From Candidatus Saccharimonadota bacterium (GTDB taxonomy: Bacteria; Pseudomonadota; Gammaproteobacteria; Enterobacterales; Enterobacteriaceae): a DNA stretch of 32,000 bases. The stretch is taken from positions 1-32,000 of the forward strand of contig NZ_CP046226.1 of assembly GCF_012562765.1 (NCBI RefSeq), read 5' to 3'. Shown here piece by piece: positions 31,687 to 32,000 of the stretch. Position numbers and translations under genes: made by a program. The notes below the pieces were generated by a model that saw only the letters and a list, made by a program, of their open reading frames with translations, was not told the DNA's origin and searched no databases. Every line of letters begins with the position of its first letter. The stretch's first letter is position 1.

Positions 31687-32000
31687 GTGAGTTTAACAAA
31701 AGAAAAACAAAAAGTTCTTGATGATGCTATTAATCAAATAGAAAAACAATTTGGTAAAGGTTCTATTATGAGATTAGGTGATAATAGAACTATGGATATA
31801 GAATCTATATCAACAGGATCTATAACTCTAGATATAGCTTTAGGAATTGGTGGTTTACCTATTGGTCGTATTGTAGAAATATATGGTCCTGAATCTTCAG
31901 GAAAAACAACATTAACATTACAAGTTATAGCTGAAGCTCAAAAAATAGGAAAAATATGTGCTTTTATTGATGCAGAACATGCATTAGATCCAATATATGC
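31687..32000 (+). CDS. recA: Recombinase RecA, 5' partial (runs off the window end), GTG start
   Basis: I translated this myself: [105 protein letters not shown], near-identical to E. coli RecA with Walker A GPESSGKT. An in-frame TAA at 31675 leaves GTG 31687 as the only start, and AAGGA at 31676-31680 is a good SD. It is not in the supplied ORF track. Confidence 0.95.
   Translation, partial: MSLTKEKQKVLDDAINQIEKQFGKGSIMRLGDNRTMDIESISTGSITLDIALGIGGLPIGRIVEIYGPESSGKTTLTLQVIAEAQKIGKICAFIDAEHALDPIY

Overview
This window is extremely AT-rich, gene-dense core chromosome from a genome-reduced gammaproteobacterial (Enterobacterales-type) obligate endosymbiont. It resembles the Wigglesworthia/Blochmannia/Buchnera style of genome, but I cannot name the species by eye. 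Proteins are strongly shifted toward K/N/I, and intergenic DNA is almost free of G/C. Contents, in order: complete greA; an unsplit 16S-23S-5S rRNA operon with a tRNA-less spacer; murB; aroQ; mreB-mreC with no mreD; tldD; tusE; tRNA-Ser(UGA); rsmI; RNase P RNA; folD; tRNA-Arg(UCU); metB; tRNA-Lys(UUU) and tRNA-Val(UAC); gltX; hspQ; alr; gsiABCD; metG; ydjM; rnb; ssb; rpoH; ftsY; rsmD; tusA; and the 5' end of recA, which has a GTG start and is absent from the ORF track. Every ORF of about 90 aa or more outside the rRNA/rnpB genes matches a well-known housekeeping family from my recollection of the E. coli orthologues. I found no mobile elements, CRISPR arrays, pseudogenes, orphan hypothetical genes or defence-island-like content, so I do not claim a novel system. 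The findings below are reductive-evolution signatures: lost operon partners (mreD, ftsEX), lost domains, tRNA genes without encoded CCA, near-absence of terminators, missing SOS boxes, slippage-prone poly(A) tracts, and a few retained functions (gsiABCD, hspQ, tusA/tusE). All homology statements rest on by-eye comparison with remembered sequences. No searches or computations were run.
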